A stretch of 64,000 nucleotides of DNA, taken from positions 11,966,001 to 12,030,000 of the forward strand of contig NC_081331.1 in NCBI RefSeq assembly GCF_022539665.2. The letters are read 5' to 3'. Below the pieces are notes generated by a model. It was not told where the DNA came from and ran no database searches. It was given only the letters and a program-made list of their open reading frames with translations. Source of the stretch: Daphnia carinata. Taxonomy: Eukaryota. Shown here in pieces: positions 35,401 to 50,400 of the stretch. Positions within the stretch are counted from its first letter, which is position 1; each line of letters starts with the position of its first letter. A program made the translations under genes and the position numbers.

Positions 35401-38400
35401 TATCCGCCCTCCTGCAAAAAAAGGGGGAAATGGTATTTTCCACATAGTTTTATTGGATGTTGGCCTTACTCCTCTAGTATACAATGCCCGTTGATTGTAT
35501 TGGAACAAAGAAGATCCTCTAAAAAACGCATTAAAAAAACACTTGTTACCATTCACGACGGCAGGTGACGTCATAAGGAAGTGAACGCATGAAGCACCTG
35601 CTCCGAATCCGACTAGGGTGACACGTGCCGGATCTCCGCCGAATTCTTGGATATTTTCTTGTATCCAATGTAAAGCTTCAACAGACAATAGAAATAAATA
35701 AAACAAAAAGAAATGTAAACAGCAACTAGAACAAAGACGAATTCAACGTATTGAAACAACAGTCTATTGCTGCTCTGCCAAGGCTAACAATAGAAAATGG
35801 CAAATTAGATTGTTCAGAAACTTAATTTAATAGTATGATGCAAATCAGCGTTGATTTTTGGCTCATATATGTAGAATAAGGTGATGCGACTACATAGAAA
35901 ATATACACCTAACTTACCCGCTACTTGATCCATCAGTCCAAAGTTGGCCAGACGAGGCTTGCCTTTGGGCCAGCGACCGATATTAAGGAATCCTGCAAAC
36001 CAAATTGCGAAATTTTGAGAAGACAAGTATTAGCAACATAAATAGCCTCGCGTTCCGGTTTTAAATATATCTACGTCATGAAAAACTAATGATAGGATTC
36101 ACAATGTCGTATCTTTTTTGCCATTTTTACTTCGTTTTGAAAAAAAAAAAGAAAAACGGACAATGACTGAATCAAAATACGCATAACAAACTACCGGTTC
36201 CTTTGATCATCCAGCACGAACAGAGGCTATACATTTAGGCTAACAACGTTGACTAATTTGGTATGTGTTCTATTTACAGAAATCGTATATAATGGAGTCT
36301 TAAACAAGTAACTCTATATAGCATTTGAATTCAAAAGTTACGTTTTGCCCGCTACAGGAACTCAACCGAGAAAATTGGCGAGACTATATAGCCGGGAAAT
36401 ATTCTTGCTTAATATGCTATTGTACACTTTGCTGTATACTTCCCTTTTATCTTTTTCTGCGAACAAAACGAACATAAAAGAGACAACTAAACCTTTACAT
36501 AGCTATGCCACTGTTCAGTGGCTTCCCTGGCTTGTCCGCACGTCAACGGCGAGTTCCTCCCTTAGGCACAATATATAAGGAATAAGGCAAAGTTCCCAGT
36601 GACTCTACAATCAAGCCTGTCATTTGTGCAAAATAAGCCGCAAGAACTGAATTACATATAGGAGAAACCATCTTCTAATAGGCCTGAAAAGATATGAAAT
36701 TCACGATTTGAAGCCAACAACAGTGTGTATATGCTTCGCTACGTGCAGCAAGAGAAGCCCACTGCTTCCGTGTTTATTAATCACTAAAGGAAATGCGCGC
36801 GCACCCTGACGGGGATCGATTTGCTAGCATTCGCAATTAAGATTTAGTCCATATTGTCTCTCTTTATATACATATACGTACATATAAAGGAAGTTGCATC
36901 GCAGGACTGGTGGTTCCGTATATACCGGCTAGTTATTAAGCGAGAAGCCATTGCATTCCGGCCAGGTTCCAGAACAACTCGCTAAACCTAAACTTGATTA
37001 CAGAGCAGCCAGTAGCAGCAAAGTAATTGATGATGCATCTTTTATTAGAACTGCACTTTTATTTGCCTTCTATTGTTTCCTGTACTTCTATTGTTCTGAT
37101 TATCTGATTCTTTGATTCTCTTCGCTTTTTGGCAGCCACGGAGCGCTCCGCACTATAGTGCGCCATCATTTATACGTTCATTAGTAAAAACACAAATCGA
37201 ATGGAATGTTATATATGTTTACGTTTCGGTCATCTTAAGCTAAAGGTAACTTATTGGCACACGAATAAGAAAACAAAGAACAAAAAACAAAAGACGGACT
37301 GCAGAAAAAAGGAGACACACGAGCTTGGATCTTTGATTCACTGATGACGGTTAGAGGATTCATTGATGTCCTTCTTTCAATCGACATATGGTAAAGTCTA
37401 TCGCACCAATTCATCATAGTCTAGTCAAAACACAGTCTAATTGTTAAGACTTTTATGTTTCGCAATATTAACTGCGTATGGTGGTAATCCAACCGTACCG
37501 TCTGAAATTGTATGGAAATGACAAGTTTGGGCATTCTAAATAATTTGCAATAACCGAAACTTAGAGAAATAGCTGCCCCCCCCCCCCCCCCCCCCCCCCC
37601 GTTTTTGTGCAACTAAAGGTTTACGCTGTGCAGCTCCGCTTGTTACCCCGACTATTCCAATCTGTGGTGACACGTGTCTGTGATCAAAAATAAAAGAGGC
37701 ACTCCATTTCCTTTTTCCATCTCTCTGGTTATAAGCTAATACCCTACTCGAGAAAGTGATTTCAAACGAAGCGCATCAAATAATGATAACAAACGAAAAA
37801 AAAGGGCCAAGCAAAAAGGGAGAAAGCACAGAATATAAAAAGTGTAGACTAATGCTGAGCGATCACGCTTTCTCTTTCCCGATCACAAAGGAAAAATAAC
37901 ATCCTTTCACCTCCCCGCTTTTGTTGACTCAAGTTTCCATTTATATGGACATTTTATTTTTGTGCCCTGCACACATACAAAGTTGAAAGGAAACTAGAAA
38001 AATATATATACTGTATGTATAAAAGAAAGGTCAACGCCCTTTTTGATGCCCCCAATCTTCTTTTCCTCGTGAATTGGAACACCGTTGATATGGTCTCTAT
38101 ACAAAAGACCATAGAAACATTTTAGGGCCAATCGGCCGCCTTATGCGAGTAACACGTCGGCCTGCATTAACGATTCCTTTACGCAATATCGACCTGGGTT
38201 TCTTATTGTATGAAACAAGAGATGTGACGTGGACGCACGTTACTCCACGACGAGAAAAGCCAAGGGAAAAAAAGGAAACTTTCAAGAAAAAGTATCGGTC
38301 TTGGAACAAGTTCACGTATATACACTCCTACAGCCGGGGCATAGCATTACTAGGGAAAAAGTGTAGAATAACAGCAACAAAAAGGGACGGTTGTATTAGG

Positions 38401-41400
38401 ATGAAAAACTCGTAAAAGAAGATGGTACGGAAGTTGAAGGAGAACAGAAGACGGTCGAAAAAGAAAATAGAAAAAGGCATGCTATTTCAAAGCAAAAACG
38501 TATGTATTGAGATGAGAAAAAAAAGAGTAATAATAATAATAAAAAAAAGGAATCACTCGGGCGATCAATCAATGCCCGCTCCTAATGGTGCGCCAGCCGG
38601 ACCTTCCATACACGATCCGAACGACGAGAGCTCTTTGAGTACGAGTATAGAAGAAATATAGTACGCAGCATGTAGACACGAATGAGAGCAGCAGCAGGAG
38701 CAGCGTAACCATATTATTATATATCCCTTGTCGTATATATATATATATATATTGTTGGCCGTCTAAGCCGATTTAATAGCTGACAATCGGCAAGATGGAT
38801 ATTAAACATCGATTTTTTTTCTTTCTCTTTTGCCTGTTTTGTATGAGTATCGAGAGGCTTGTCGTCTGCAAAATTGAGTGCTCACAAAGACATTATAGTC
38901 TTTTTCACTGAGGACTTCTTGTTGCTGTTGTTGATACTCTTCGGTCACACGTGAAAAAAAAATGGCTACAATTTCCCTATTCCGGTATTGCATAAGAGAA
39001 TAGTAGCCTAGATTAGGATTCATTTTCTCTTGACCGGGAACAGATCAGATTCTATTAAATATCAGCCATACGGGATAGAATTTACGAACAGTGTCTAATT
39101 CTATATGAGATTTGTCTTCCGCCCCGATTGTTTTCTGAAATCAGGTCTCGCTTGGTCCAGTACCATCAGATAAATCGGCGGCTTTGGTTCGTCTTATGTG
39201 ATATCAAGCCAGCCGAAAAATAATTTTCAACAACTCGATTCAACTAAAACAATTACAAACACTGTAGATATTTATTTGTCGCCATCGGGACATTGTGTAG
39301 CTGTGCGCTTCTGAACTTTGTTGAAATTTCACGTGTTGGGCCGTGTGTTGTTCACATTTCTCACACCGTCTATTTAATACCAAACTGATCCTTTCAGACC
39401 TTCGAGGCACGATACCTTTGACATAATGAAAGTTTAACAACAACGTATAGGCTTCTTCGATAAATTCACTATACCCTCCAACTTCTTGTATACAAAACTA
39501 TAGGGCACACACTTTTTGATGCTATATGAAATATTTCCACGTCTAACTTGGGTATTTCTTTTGCTTTGGGATTTACGGAGATTCAAACCAGGGATTTCAG
39601 CATCAAAGTCTCGGGAGTTTTCTATCCTTGTATAAAAATTTTAAATGAATATATACATTTGAAAGTTTAAATTGGTCGCCTCAATTTGATTGTAGTCCAT
39701 TAATGTTCTAATGTAATTTTGGTTTCCATGCCAACAGTTTCAGACCATCTTTTTGTGAAGTGTTGTACATTTCATTTGATTTCCTCTTAAATTCTCTTCA
39801 GTTTAAAACTGTCCCAACTTCACGAACGCTCCCCGCTCTCCCCGACAATAGAACAAATCGGATTACGTCACAGGACGTAGACAATGTTTTGGCAACAAAA
39901 CAACAAAGAAAGCGTATCAAATTTTGGGACGTACCTAAAACACCGAGTCGAAAGTTAAGGGTGACGACAACAACGTTTGCGTAACTGGAGAGAACGGAGC
40001 CATCGTAGAGGTGACTAGAGCCCCAGTCGAACGATTCACCGTGAATAAAGACGATGACTGGAAGACGATCCACTGTGTTCCCCGGCCGACCTGTAAACGA
40101 AACAAGAATAACAAAATGTTCAAATAAAACTGTAAATTAGTCATATCATTTACATATACTTAGTACACAGAACTAACTAGACAATATGCACGGGGCGAAA
40201 TGAAAATGAAAGCAATATTAGAAGGACACAGTTGGAAGATAGAGCACAATAATCGGATTACTAAAAAGTCGAACTGACCGTCGGATAAATAGAGAAGAAA
40301 TGGAGACTGTCGCCAGTGTGGGGACAGTGCACAGTTTCCCAACTTATTATTATTATTCGCTAGCCGTACCCGTAAAGCAGTCAGCCATCGTGATTTAGCG
40401 TGACAAGAATTCCAAATGGAGATCCTTTTGCGTTTTTATACAGCCACGGCCAATCCACCAGCTTCGAACCTTTGATTTATTCTTATAATGTAATCATCTT
40501 CAATCCAATTTCATGATAAAGATGCAATCGAACCTATATTCCCGTTGAGATCTTACAAGTATAGCCTGCACGGGGATTTTTATTTTCTGAATAAATCGAG
40601 AGAGGCACAGGCCAAATATTCCGCATCTTCGATAAAGATATTCGATCTTCGTTTGATTCCTTCTTTTATTTTCTTTGAAAAATATTGCTGATGCAGTGCG
40701 AGAAGTAATGGCGTTGCAACATGGGTCGGAAGTATTCGTTCCTTCGTTACGTCCTGATGCACGTCTTTGGGCTTCCAACCAGTCAGACTAAGACCACAGC
40801 CCATCATGTAGGCTATTTCGCTCGTCTTCTTGCACGTCTCGTTAATCGTTCAGGCACGGCTAATTCGTCGAATTGGAGTGGCTCGGCCACGAATCTACGA
40901 TACCATTGTGCATCTAGCTCTTCCTTTGCGCCGCCGAATTGAAGATGCAAGTATAAGAAAGAAAAGAGGCTGCGTATACACGCTAGAGCCAACCAAGCAA
41001 GTATATATAGCGTCTTTTAATGTGTGTGCCGTTGAGCCTAGACGTCATTTTACGTCACGCGCTTGCAGTTAGCAATCAAGGCTTTACCTTGTTTCTTCCC
41101 TGTACAGATTTCAGGTCTGTGTAGATCCACCGTCCAATTAAAATCGCGAGCAACGTCGAAGAGCATCAAAGGGCAAAAAGGATTTCATCTATATAAATGA
41201 GGCTAGCTGTATTTTCTTGTTCTATTGATAATCAAAAAAAAAATATTCTTCTCTGCATTGCATCAAATGTGAAGGCGAGGCAACATACGAGTGCAATCAA
41301 TCATGTGTATCTATATTATATTTCACGTTGTATAGACCTCTTATATCCCCTACGTTATTGATCCTTCGCCACGGCCGGCCTGAGAAGCACAGCGTCCGAA

Positions 41401-44400
41401 GTATGTAACTCTCGTCCGCAGTGTATACTAATCTCTTTAGGTTTACAATTTTTACTTTTTAGATGCTAATGCCATTAGGAATAGACCAGAGGCGTGGCTG
41501 AATGTGTTAGCATCAGCGAGAGATGCTCTTGTATATTAAACGTATTTCTAATTCTCTTAAGACGTTCGCAAGTTGCAAACCGTTTGTGCGATAAAACAAG
41601 AATTGTGTGGACTTTGGATTTGTTTTCCGATGATAACGCATGCGAGCGTTTGGCAATGACTCATCTGTCTGTTTTCCCTGTCGCATCCCGTCTTTTGTTA
41701 ACGAGTCGATTTGTCAACCTAATAACTGTTGGGGTGGACATTAGAAATGTGATGCTTTTCTTTACGCCTTTTTTTTTTCATTTATTATTATTGTTAATGG
41801 TTAGCGAGCGTTTGTGTTGCTGCTGTTTGTCGTTTGATAATCTAATCTGACGATCGATCCTTTAGTCGAGTAGAATAGGCTAAAGGACAACGCCCGACTG
41901 ATGGAGTGGGATCCGAATCATCCACCACAGCTGACTGTCTTCTATATGCTCTTTGACTTAGTTGCTTTGGCCTCATCAAGACTAGTATATGGTCTATTAA
42001 GGGCCAAAAAGGCGGAGGAGAGAAAAAAAAAGTATACCCACTCCCAAGTGTTATTAGTTTATATAGCCGTCCAGTCGTGTCATCATAATCTGGCTTATCG
42101 CCAAAAGCAGTTGTTTGTTTAAGTATTGGTGAGCTGTGTACATACAGACATAAAACTCACTGACGTTTGGCCTGTATCGAATTAACACAATCGTTTCACC
42201 TATTAGAGTCTTCCCTTCTTAAAGACATGTAAATAAAAGAGATGTTTTATTACAAAGTTTTAAAAACAAATCCATATTTGAAATGTGGCGCATGATGACA
42301 AATAAGGTGATAGGTGCTGGCCTGTCGGGTGAAATTTCTACACGCACGAGAGAAAAAAAAGTAGATCGCCTATGTTTAATAGGCTAATTTCAGGCGAGAG
42401 CTTCATGCCATGTTATTTATAAACATCGGAAAGGAGACAAATGGTTGTATTTCTCAGCTTATGTCTCCCAAAATAAAAATATCCAACAACGATTGCCTTC
42501 CTTTTTATTTTTTTTGGTCACATAAATGAATGGCTTTCTCTGCGTGACTGCGTCAAAAGACAAATTGAACAGATCTGTTATTTTGCTGGCTGCGTGCTGC
42601 TTTTTCGTCGATAAACAACTGAAGTTGGAAGCATTACATATCTGCACGGCCCGCTTCAAATGATTCCTTTTTTCCCTTCTTATTCTTCTTCGTTCACCCT
42701 CTGTCGCACTTTGAAACTATTTATCCTGTACACGAACCTGTTCAAACTTACGGGACCTTATAACAGGATTGCGAGTCAAAGCGCGTAGAATTGAGAATAC
42801 CGTGCCAGCTACTTATTTCACGCGTAATATTTCAACGAACAATTTATTAGCCAACTATTTACAAACCCCGTCGCTTTTCTCTATAGTATACACACACTTT
42901 TATGCTTGGATGAACCATTCATCCTCTACGTTCTTCCCCCTCCGTTTGCGACACTTTCACGCTCGTCCCTCGGCTCACCACACGGCCACAGATCTAAACT
43001 CCCGCGTGAATGATGTTCTTCTTGCTTCGTAAATCTTGTTGTCTGAAGTGCCAGGGTATACACTTGTGAGCTGTTCCTTCAAGACACACATGCAAGTGAC
43101 AATTCTTGTTGTTAAAATTGACCTACACACGTCCACTACTATGCAAACTACCTCTCTAAGGGAAAAAGTACAAGAGATACATCCAACAGAAGCTGGAAGA
43201 AGATTGTGCGTTGTAACTCAGGTCTTGTTTTGGCATTTTATCGTGTGCTCGTGTTTCGTGAATCTCTCCAACACCCTTGTTTTCCATTTTCATTTCACTT
43301 TCTCCCAGTTAGATCATTTTTGTATGATATCAAATGTTTACTCTTGCTTCATACCTTCCGAGAATCAGGTCCAAAAATTATAGTGCAGGTGGTTTCACGT
43401 TTATTCTTTCACACAATCACTTTTGTTGTTCGATTGTTGGCATCTTTGAATTGTCTTTTGAGTCAGAACGGATGTGTGAATACTAGTTGACTCTTTGATT
43501 AGAACTTGGCTTAACAAGGATATTCTACTTGAAGTTTTTGGCCCCGTCCCACAAGCAGGGATCAAACGCCGCCACAATTACGCAACAAAACACGTATAAT
43601 TATTCTGCAGACATTTTTTTTTCCAGCTTTTTCTTTCTCGGTTCGTCTACAAGTCAACCAGGATAGCGACAGTTTTGGCGGCCGACTGGAAACCCAGTGA
43701 ACCGTAGAAGGTCGGTGACTGCGTGGCGGCGTTTCGTGCAGCCACTAGCTAAGGCAGTATGGATTCATCTTCATCACTAGGGTCGCGTGTATTGTGGCTG
43801 CCCGTTGGCGAAGAAACGCGTCGACCCAATGCAGCGGGCTCAACTTTCCATAATTCAACCGGCCGTGACGATAATTCCCCCCCCCAGGCCCGCACGATAC
43901 ATTTTTCTTTTTCGTGTGTGGATGTTACTGGGTCAGGCGCTGTCTCAGTTATTTTCCCCTTGCGATTCGTCTTTTTATTATCCCCATCTTTCACCAGTAG
44001 GAGAAAAAAATAGGGAAATCCATCCTCTACGCGCCGTCAGTTTGCATCAGTCTTCACTTCTTCTTTTTGCTATACGTACTTCAATTTCTCTGTTTATTCC
44101 TTCTTCTCCTTATTTTTCTCATGTTTTTTCTTCTAGTTTTTTACTTTCTTTTCGGCCCAAATGTTATACAAGGTGATCCGACCGACCAAACTTGAATTGA
44201 GGGGGCTGGATTGATGAATTATTCAACATTTTTCTCGTTTTTCTTGCACACGAATGGTGAGTGATGCAGCTGCCTGAATATGCCCAACTCGTACACAGCA
44301 GAAGAGAAGAAAATGCGAAGTCTTCTATACTACCAGCTGGGACAACTTGCTTAGTAGTTTTCCCGAAACTCTGTACTCCGATGAGAAGGTCTACAGTACC

Positions 44401-47400
44401 GGGTATTACACTACTTTCCAGGGATAATTGGATGCTGCTCGACTTGTTTCTCCCTACTCGGCCGCCAGTAGTCTTCTCTTTCGTCAGTACTGGTTGTCGT
44501 GCTCTGTCCAATACAAGTACGTATCAAAATCCCCAATAGGGATTGATCGAAACTGCCACATTGTACAGGTCTAAATCCTTCGCCACTATTTAGGAACTAT
44601 TTCGCTTTATTTTTTGAGCAACTGGACTAAAAAAAAAATAGTTCCCAAAGGGCTTATGTAGGGAGACGTCTTCCAATGGGTTGGACGTACGTCTTGAATG
44701 GCTTTGAAGCCTGTCTGACGTATGTACCGTGTGTACGCACTGCTTATGTTACCGAAACGCCAGCCGATGTCTAGAGAACGGTATATATAGTACCAAGGGA
44801 GATGTTGCGTCATCTTCAAATTCAATAGCAACTGACTATTTCCACTTTTGCAATTGTAAATGTTGGACGGACTGTTGGGGGAAGAAAAACATCGCTTTGT
44901 TGTTCCCCTTCGTTTTTTGTTTTTACGCTTTCTTTTAACCTTTTTGTGGCGAGGTTTTGATATCAATTTTCTAGTTGCAGGGAATAAAAAGCATTTTTTT
45001 TTTTTTACCACAGTCATCTTTTTTTAAGAGACAAGTACCGCCGGACGGCAATCTAATCTTGTTGAGCAGACATGGACTTTTGCTCCAAACTTCCAGCGGC
45101 ATCCAACTCTGGGCTGTCTTTTTTTTTTCTTTGTTCCTTCTGTTCGTTTTGTACTTTGTTGTAATAGACTGTCTCATCGTGGTTCGTCGGAAGCGTATGC
45201 ACTTATGTGCCGCAATGCCTCACGTTTGCACGCAGTGCGGCTGCTAATGTCGCACGGCGTAGCTGTCCAGCCTGCGGGTATGTTGACCATTAAAAAAAAA
45301 GACACTTCTTCAGTTGTAGATGTACATGAGCCGCAAGTTGAATCATCAACGAAAATGTTCATACAAAGACAAAATAGTCGTAGCTTTTTTTTATCTCATA
45401 TCTCTGGGCGAGTTTCCATAGCAACGAGCGAAACTATCGCTTTAATGGAATAAGTAAAGATACCTATTTATCACGATTTAATGGCACTGCTACGGATTTT
45501 CACTATTCAGGTGCATCCAATTCCGAATCTAAGATTTTGTAGTAGCTATTAAGAGTTTCTCAACGTTCCCTACTAAATAGCAAAAAAAAAAAATAAGAAA
45601 AATAACAAACACCGCACTTATAATTGAAAGGATCTCGTTTGCCTATACGTGTGGCTCCAGCGAATAGAAGCAAATAGGGAAATTCTGTTTAATACATAAG
45701 GATTGCCGTATCGACCGCAGTTCATTTTCATTTATCTATGTTAGCGGTTCTTCGTCTAATTATTTATAGTAGTCCCTTGTGCCATCATTAAACAAATCAA
45801 AATGGACCATTTGTCTTTGCCTTGCAACGCTTCGAATGGTCACGAAAACTGGAAGGTGTTGTTTTCAAATAAAACCCCATTTATATGAGCTTGCAGTTCA
45901 TAGGATTCGAAAGATCCATGAACCTCTTGCATTGGCAACGGACGAAAAAAAATTAAAGATAAAAAGGGGAAAAAACGAAGGATTTATGAGATGTGCGCGT
46001 GGGGACAGGTCGTCTGACTTCAGGGAACCAATAGGCGAAAAAGAGAACAAATAGCAACAGAGGGACGTCTCTTTCATCGTCTAGCCAGTTACATTAGTTT
46101 AAAGCAAGAAAGTAAGTACACTGGCCAAAGGAAGCGGAGCTCTGGTATAGCCAACTGGCTCGTAAATCAGCCGATTGTCGTGTCACCTAAAGACGCTGGC
46201 CATAAGGAGAGAAACGATGCGGTGTAGTCGCTTGGCAAAGCGAGCGCAATTCCACGTTCCAGCCGGATCTTTCATTGAAAGAGACATCCGGAAGAAGAAA
46301 AATTATGTGGGTGTTTGAAAAGGTGAAAGTTTTTTTTTGTATCGCGGTTTTTTTATAGCAATGTCATGCACGGAGAAATGCGTTTTCCACCCGAAGTTGT
46401 TGTCAGTCAAGTTTCCTCTATCAATTGGATTTTCTTGTACGCCTTACTAGTCAAATATCAAAAACAAAAGTATAAGTTTGTACATAAAAGTGAAAGCCGC
46501 TTGTACAACCGCACCAATGGTGACATTTTTTGTTGTTAGATATTGAGAGGGCCAAGTGCTAGATGAGCTTGAATGGGATGCAGATAAAAGACAATGCAAT
46601 GCAGAACATTGGATAAAAATACTGAGAGGTGTTGCATAACAGAATTATCCAATACCGGAGTGTTCGACAAATGTATATCAGTGTTGTGTATATGTCTGCT
46701 CTAGGGTGATAAATGATATATTTCCATGTTATTTCCATAATAAATACGTGTACATATATATTTTTTCCCTTTTTTTGGCATCTTGCAATATCCATACAGT
46801 TGCTGCTATGGAAATCTTACGCCTTGCCAGTATATTAACGAAACAATGCCGTCTTTTTTTAGTTAATGATTATATAAGGCCGTCAGATAATATCGCTACT
46901 TTTAATATATGGCATGTTAATCTGTCAGTCGTTTGACGAAAAGTTTCCCGAAATCCACGATGTACATTAAATGATACATAAACACAGCATACAGTATTGC
47001 ATTTTAAATGCTATTGCTGTACGGGAACGGCCAAATCTGTTAATGCGGCGCATTTGTACTTTGCTTTCAAAACCGTTGAGCTTTTAGTCCGTCCTTATTT
47101 GTTATTCGTTTCATTTCGGTTTCCCTGGAAAAAAAAACTAAGACTATGACCAATCGATTGGACACGTCCAAACTTGCGACTTTGTTTGACGTCAAGCTTA
47201 TACGGATTGGAATTTCCCAGGAAAATCGTGGTCAGCACTCAACAATGCCCTGGACACTGTATAGCCTTTTACTTTGGTGATGGCGAGAAAAATAGAGAAA
47301 CCCAATTGAACGATGGTAAATAAAGAAAGCCTTTTCCGTCGTACACATACAACAACAACGTAACTTGCAAATCAAATGCAATGTGCCTATTGACAATAGG

Positions 47401-50400
47401 TTTTTTTAACCTGACGAATGATGACGTGGCTACCAACACGTATGTTCGCTGTTAGTCTTTTGTTGCCGGGCGACGAACATCGCAGGACCTTTCAGTTCAT
47501 ATGAGAAAGCTCACAAGTGCCTACAACGGCCATTCATTCTTCTCGGGTGGTCACTCTAAAACTACTATATGCCGTTGACCGTTGTATACAGCTCACACAT
47601 CCAATACAACTGAGTCAGTTTGTACTACAAGAATCTTTATTTACCAAAAGCTGCTTCAACTTTTGCTTTCTTATATGGAATGGGCAACGTATACTGCCCT
47701 CCTATTCCTTGGTCCCATCGGCTTTGTATTGCTACCATTATTCAATATTGAATTTCCCCGACGAAATAGAGCCTTATTTCTATCAACAACGTCTAGTATC
47801 GTTGACAAATGGCCTCAATCTATGCACGTTTTATATCGATCTTTAGGGGAAAAGGAAATAGTAAAGGTAATATATCGGCCATTTTTTTCCGCCCAGCAAG
47901 GATCACTATCATTCAACTGTGAAGCTACGCAAATGAATAGAGTACTACTCTGTAATACTATCAAGGTGAATGTAGAGATGTTATGCGTATGCGACCAACT
48001 GTATACGGGCAAGCGTGAAAAACGATTAAGCATAAAAGGGATCCGTGAACTCGTTGGCACCGTGTTTCTCGCTGGTAACACCCTAGAAGATTAAAGTGAC
48101 GTAGTCGATCCCCAAACGTTCATGCGATTCCATTTGAGCCATCAACCTAGTGCACCCTTTCATATCCACTTTGTTCCGTTTTTTCTCATTTTACTAAAGA
48201 CGTCCCATTATATATGTACATTCCGAGAAGACGCAGAGTAACAAAGTCTGTTAGTCTGAACAAGGTAGCACCAAACTTGAAGGGTCGAAATGGATGTACT
48301 CTTCTACCATTTTCATTGCCATCAACAGACAAGGATACCGAGTCGCTCCGATCGCCCACTTAATAGTTGTTCACGCTGAAGCTGTTAGAAGACGTCCCTG
48401 CGAATAGCTCCGGCCTCATCACGCGAGTGCCTTAATGAAACGTACGTTGCCGACTGTTCTCTCTCTCCGTTCTTCTAGTGGCTATAGCATGAAAGCCAAA
48501 GACACCCCGTATAAGCAGAGCAGCAGCTCCAAGTCGCAGGATTTATCGTTTCTTTTTTTTTTCAATCGCCTTGGCAACGGTTGGTTGGCTGGTTGGTGAG
48601 GTTTTCAGATTCACAAGAAACAAAGAGGCTGAAAGAAAGAAAGACCTAACCTCGAAACATAAAAATAGTCTAGGAAAGATGAAAGAGAACTTATTTTTTT
48701 TTTTTTTTTGAAAAGAAAGAGTAAGAAAGGAAAAGAGAATGCGTGCTGAAAAGGTGGTAGGCTTTCGCTCTTACAACTTAACGTCGCACGATCCAGACAA
48801 CGCACAACGTCTATTTCGTTTTCGCCCTGCATCGCGAACAAATGGAACAAAGAGTTTTCGGGGGAAAAGCGCACGGGTGGGGAGAAAAGGGCTACTGGCT
48901 CTATGTGAGAAAAGAAAAGACGAGGACAAACGTCAGAAAGATCAAAGCAACACAATACAACTTCTTGTTGTCTATACCATGAAAAAAAAAAAGGAAAAAG
49001 GGTTTCGAGGTACATTGCGAGCAATACGCCGGCGTGCTTTCGCATGTTGGGATTGTATTTTGCCAACGCCTCGGGCATTTTCTCCCTGAAGAGTCTTGGC
49101 CAAGTTAGCCCCTCCATAGTTCGCAGTTTGGTTAGGTTATGGCGCTAGAGGTACACAAAAGATCTAGTGTCTGTAAACTTTAACAATTCACGTGCCCAGG
49201 CTGGCTCTGCGAGATGGAGAACAAGAGAGAAAGAAGGGAGGAATGGGCGGAGGAAACAACTGGAACTTGGTTGTTGCGTGAATTAGGACGGGATGAAAAA
49301 CCCATACAGCCTTGTGGGAGGTAGAGCGCATAGGGCAATCGTGATAGCGCTAATGAGAAACCGTGTCAATTAAGGCTGCCGCAGGCGGGTTTTCAAGCTG
49401 AAGACGCGGGGCCAGTGTTAGAAGAACTCAAAAGAATAAAAAGAAATTGAGGGAGTCTTTTGTCGCCCCCTTGGCAAAGAACTCGCATTGAAGCGCTTTT
49501 CTATTGGTTGTTGTCGAGAAAAAGGCAATCAGTAAACAGAAAAATCTGGCAGAAAAGAGGGCAAAAAAAGAGCGTAAAAGAATAGAGGATGACGATCAGG
49601 AACCGTGCAAACGACACGCCCAATCACGAATCGTCTGAGAATTATCCAAACGTTTTTGTTTTCTTCCAAACCGAGTATATGAACATACACTTCATCGTCG
49701 ATTCGCAACGACCCTCCACCCAAAGTACAGCGCACGTCGTGAATTCGTGAAGACGTCCTCATCGGGGCGTGGTGTACCAAATTACGTGCGTAACATAGTG
49801 GACAACATCGATCGTAACAAATCATTCAACCGGGATATCGTTAGACATCCTTCTTTTTTTCTTTTAATTGCAGACATGAAACCCCAAGTGGTTTTCTCTT
49901 CTCGAAAGATCCAATGGATACAATGATGACATAAACCGATACGCTCTAAGAGTTCTCAGCCAATCGTATACATAACGGGTCCCCTCATCAATGATGATGG
50001 CCTTCAACGTTTCCATTTAAAATTCCGCGCAAACGAACTTTTTCCATTCGAAAAATTGCGCGCAAACGAAATCTAAACGCTCCCGACGCTTGAAGCTCTT
50101 TATCTTTTTGAAGGGCTCATTGACGTTGAAGCTACTCTATTTATCTCTTGTATTGCGATGAAGGGAGAGAGGGGCGGGTTACTTTGTCGAATGATAAGCA
50201 GCAAAAGACTCAAGTATGTATTTTCACTTTGCCATTTGTATGCGAAACTGAAAGCAGTTCGCACGAGTTTTCAGACTCAAGCTTTCACGGGACGGACAGA
50301 ACCCTTAGGTGTCTTCTCATTGAAGCACTTAAATTCGCTACACTCTCCATTCCGGCGCATCCATTTAGCTTGATGGCCTTAGGCTAGGTCAATATTGAAC

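Noticed and set aside
47582..49117. 170-aa (+) and 168-aa (-) ORFs in the large neuroligin intron, as a nested gene
   Set aside because: Their composition reflects poly-T/poly-A tracts, with no family motifs and no supporting exon structure.
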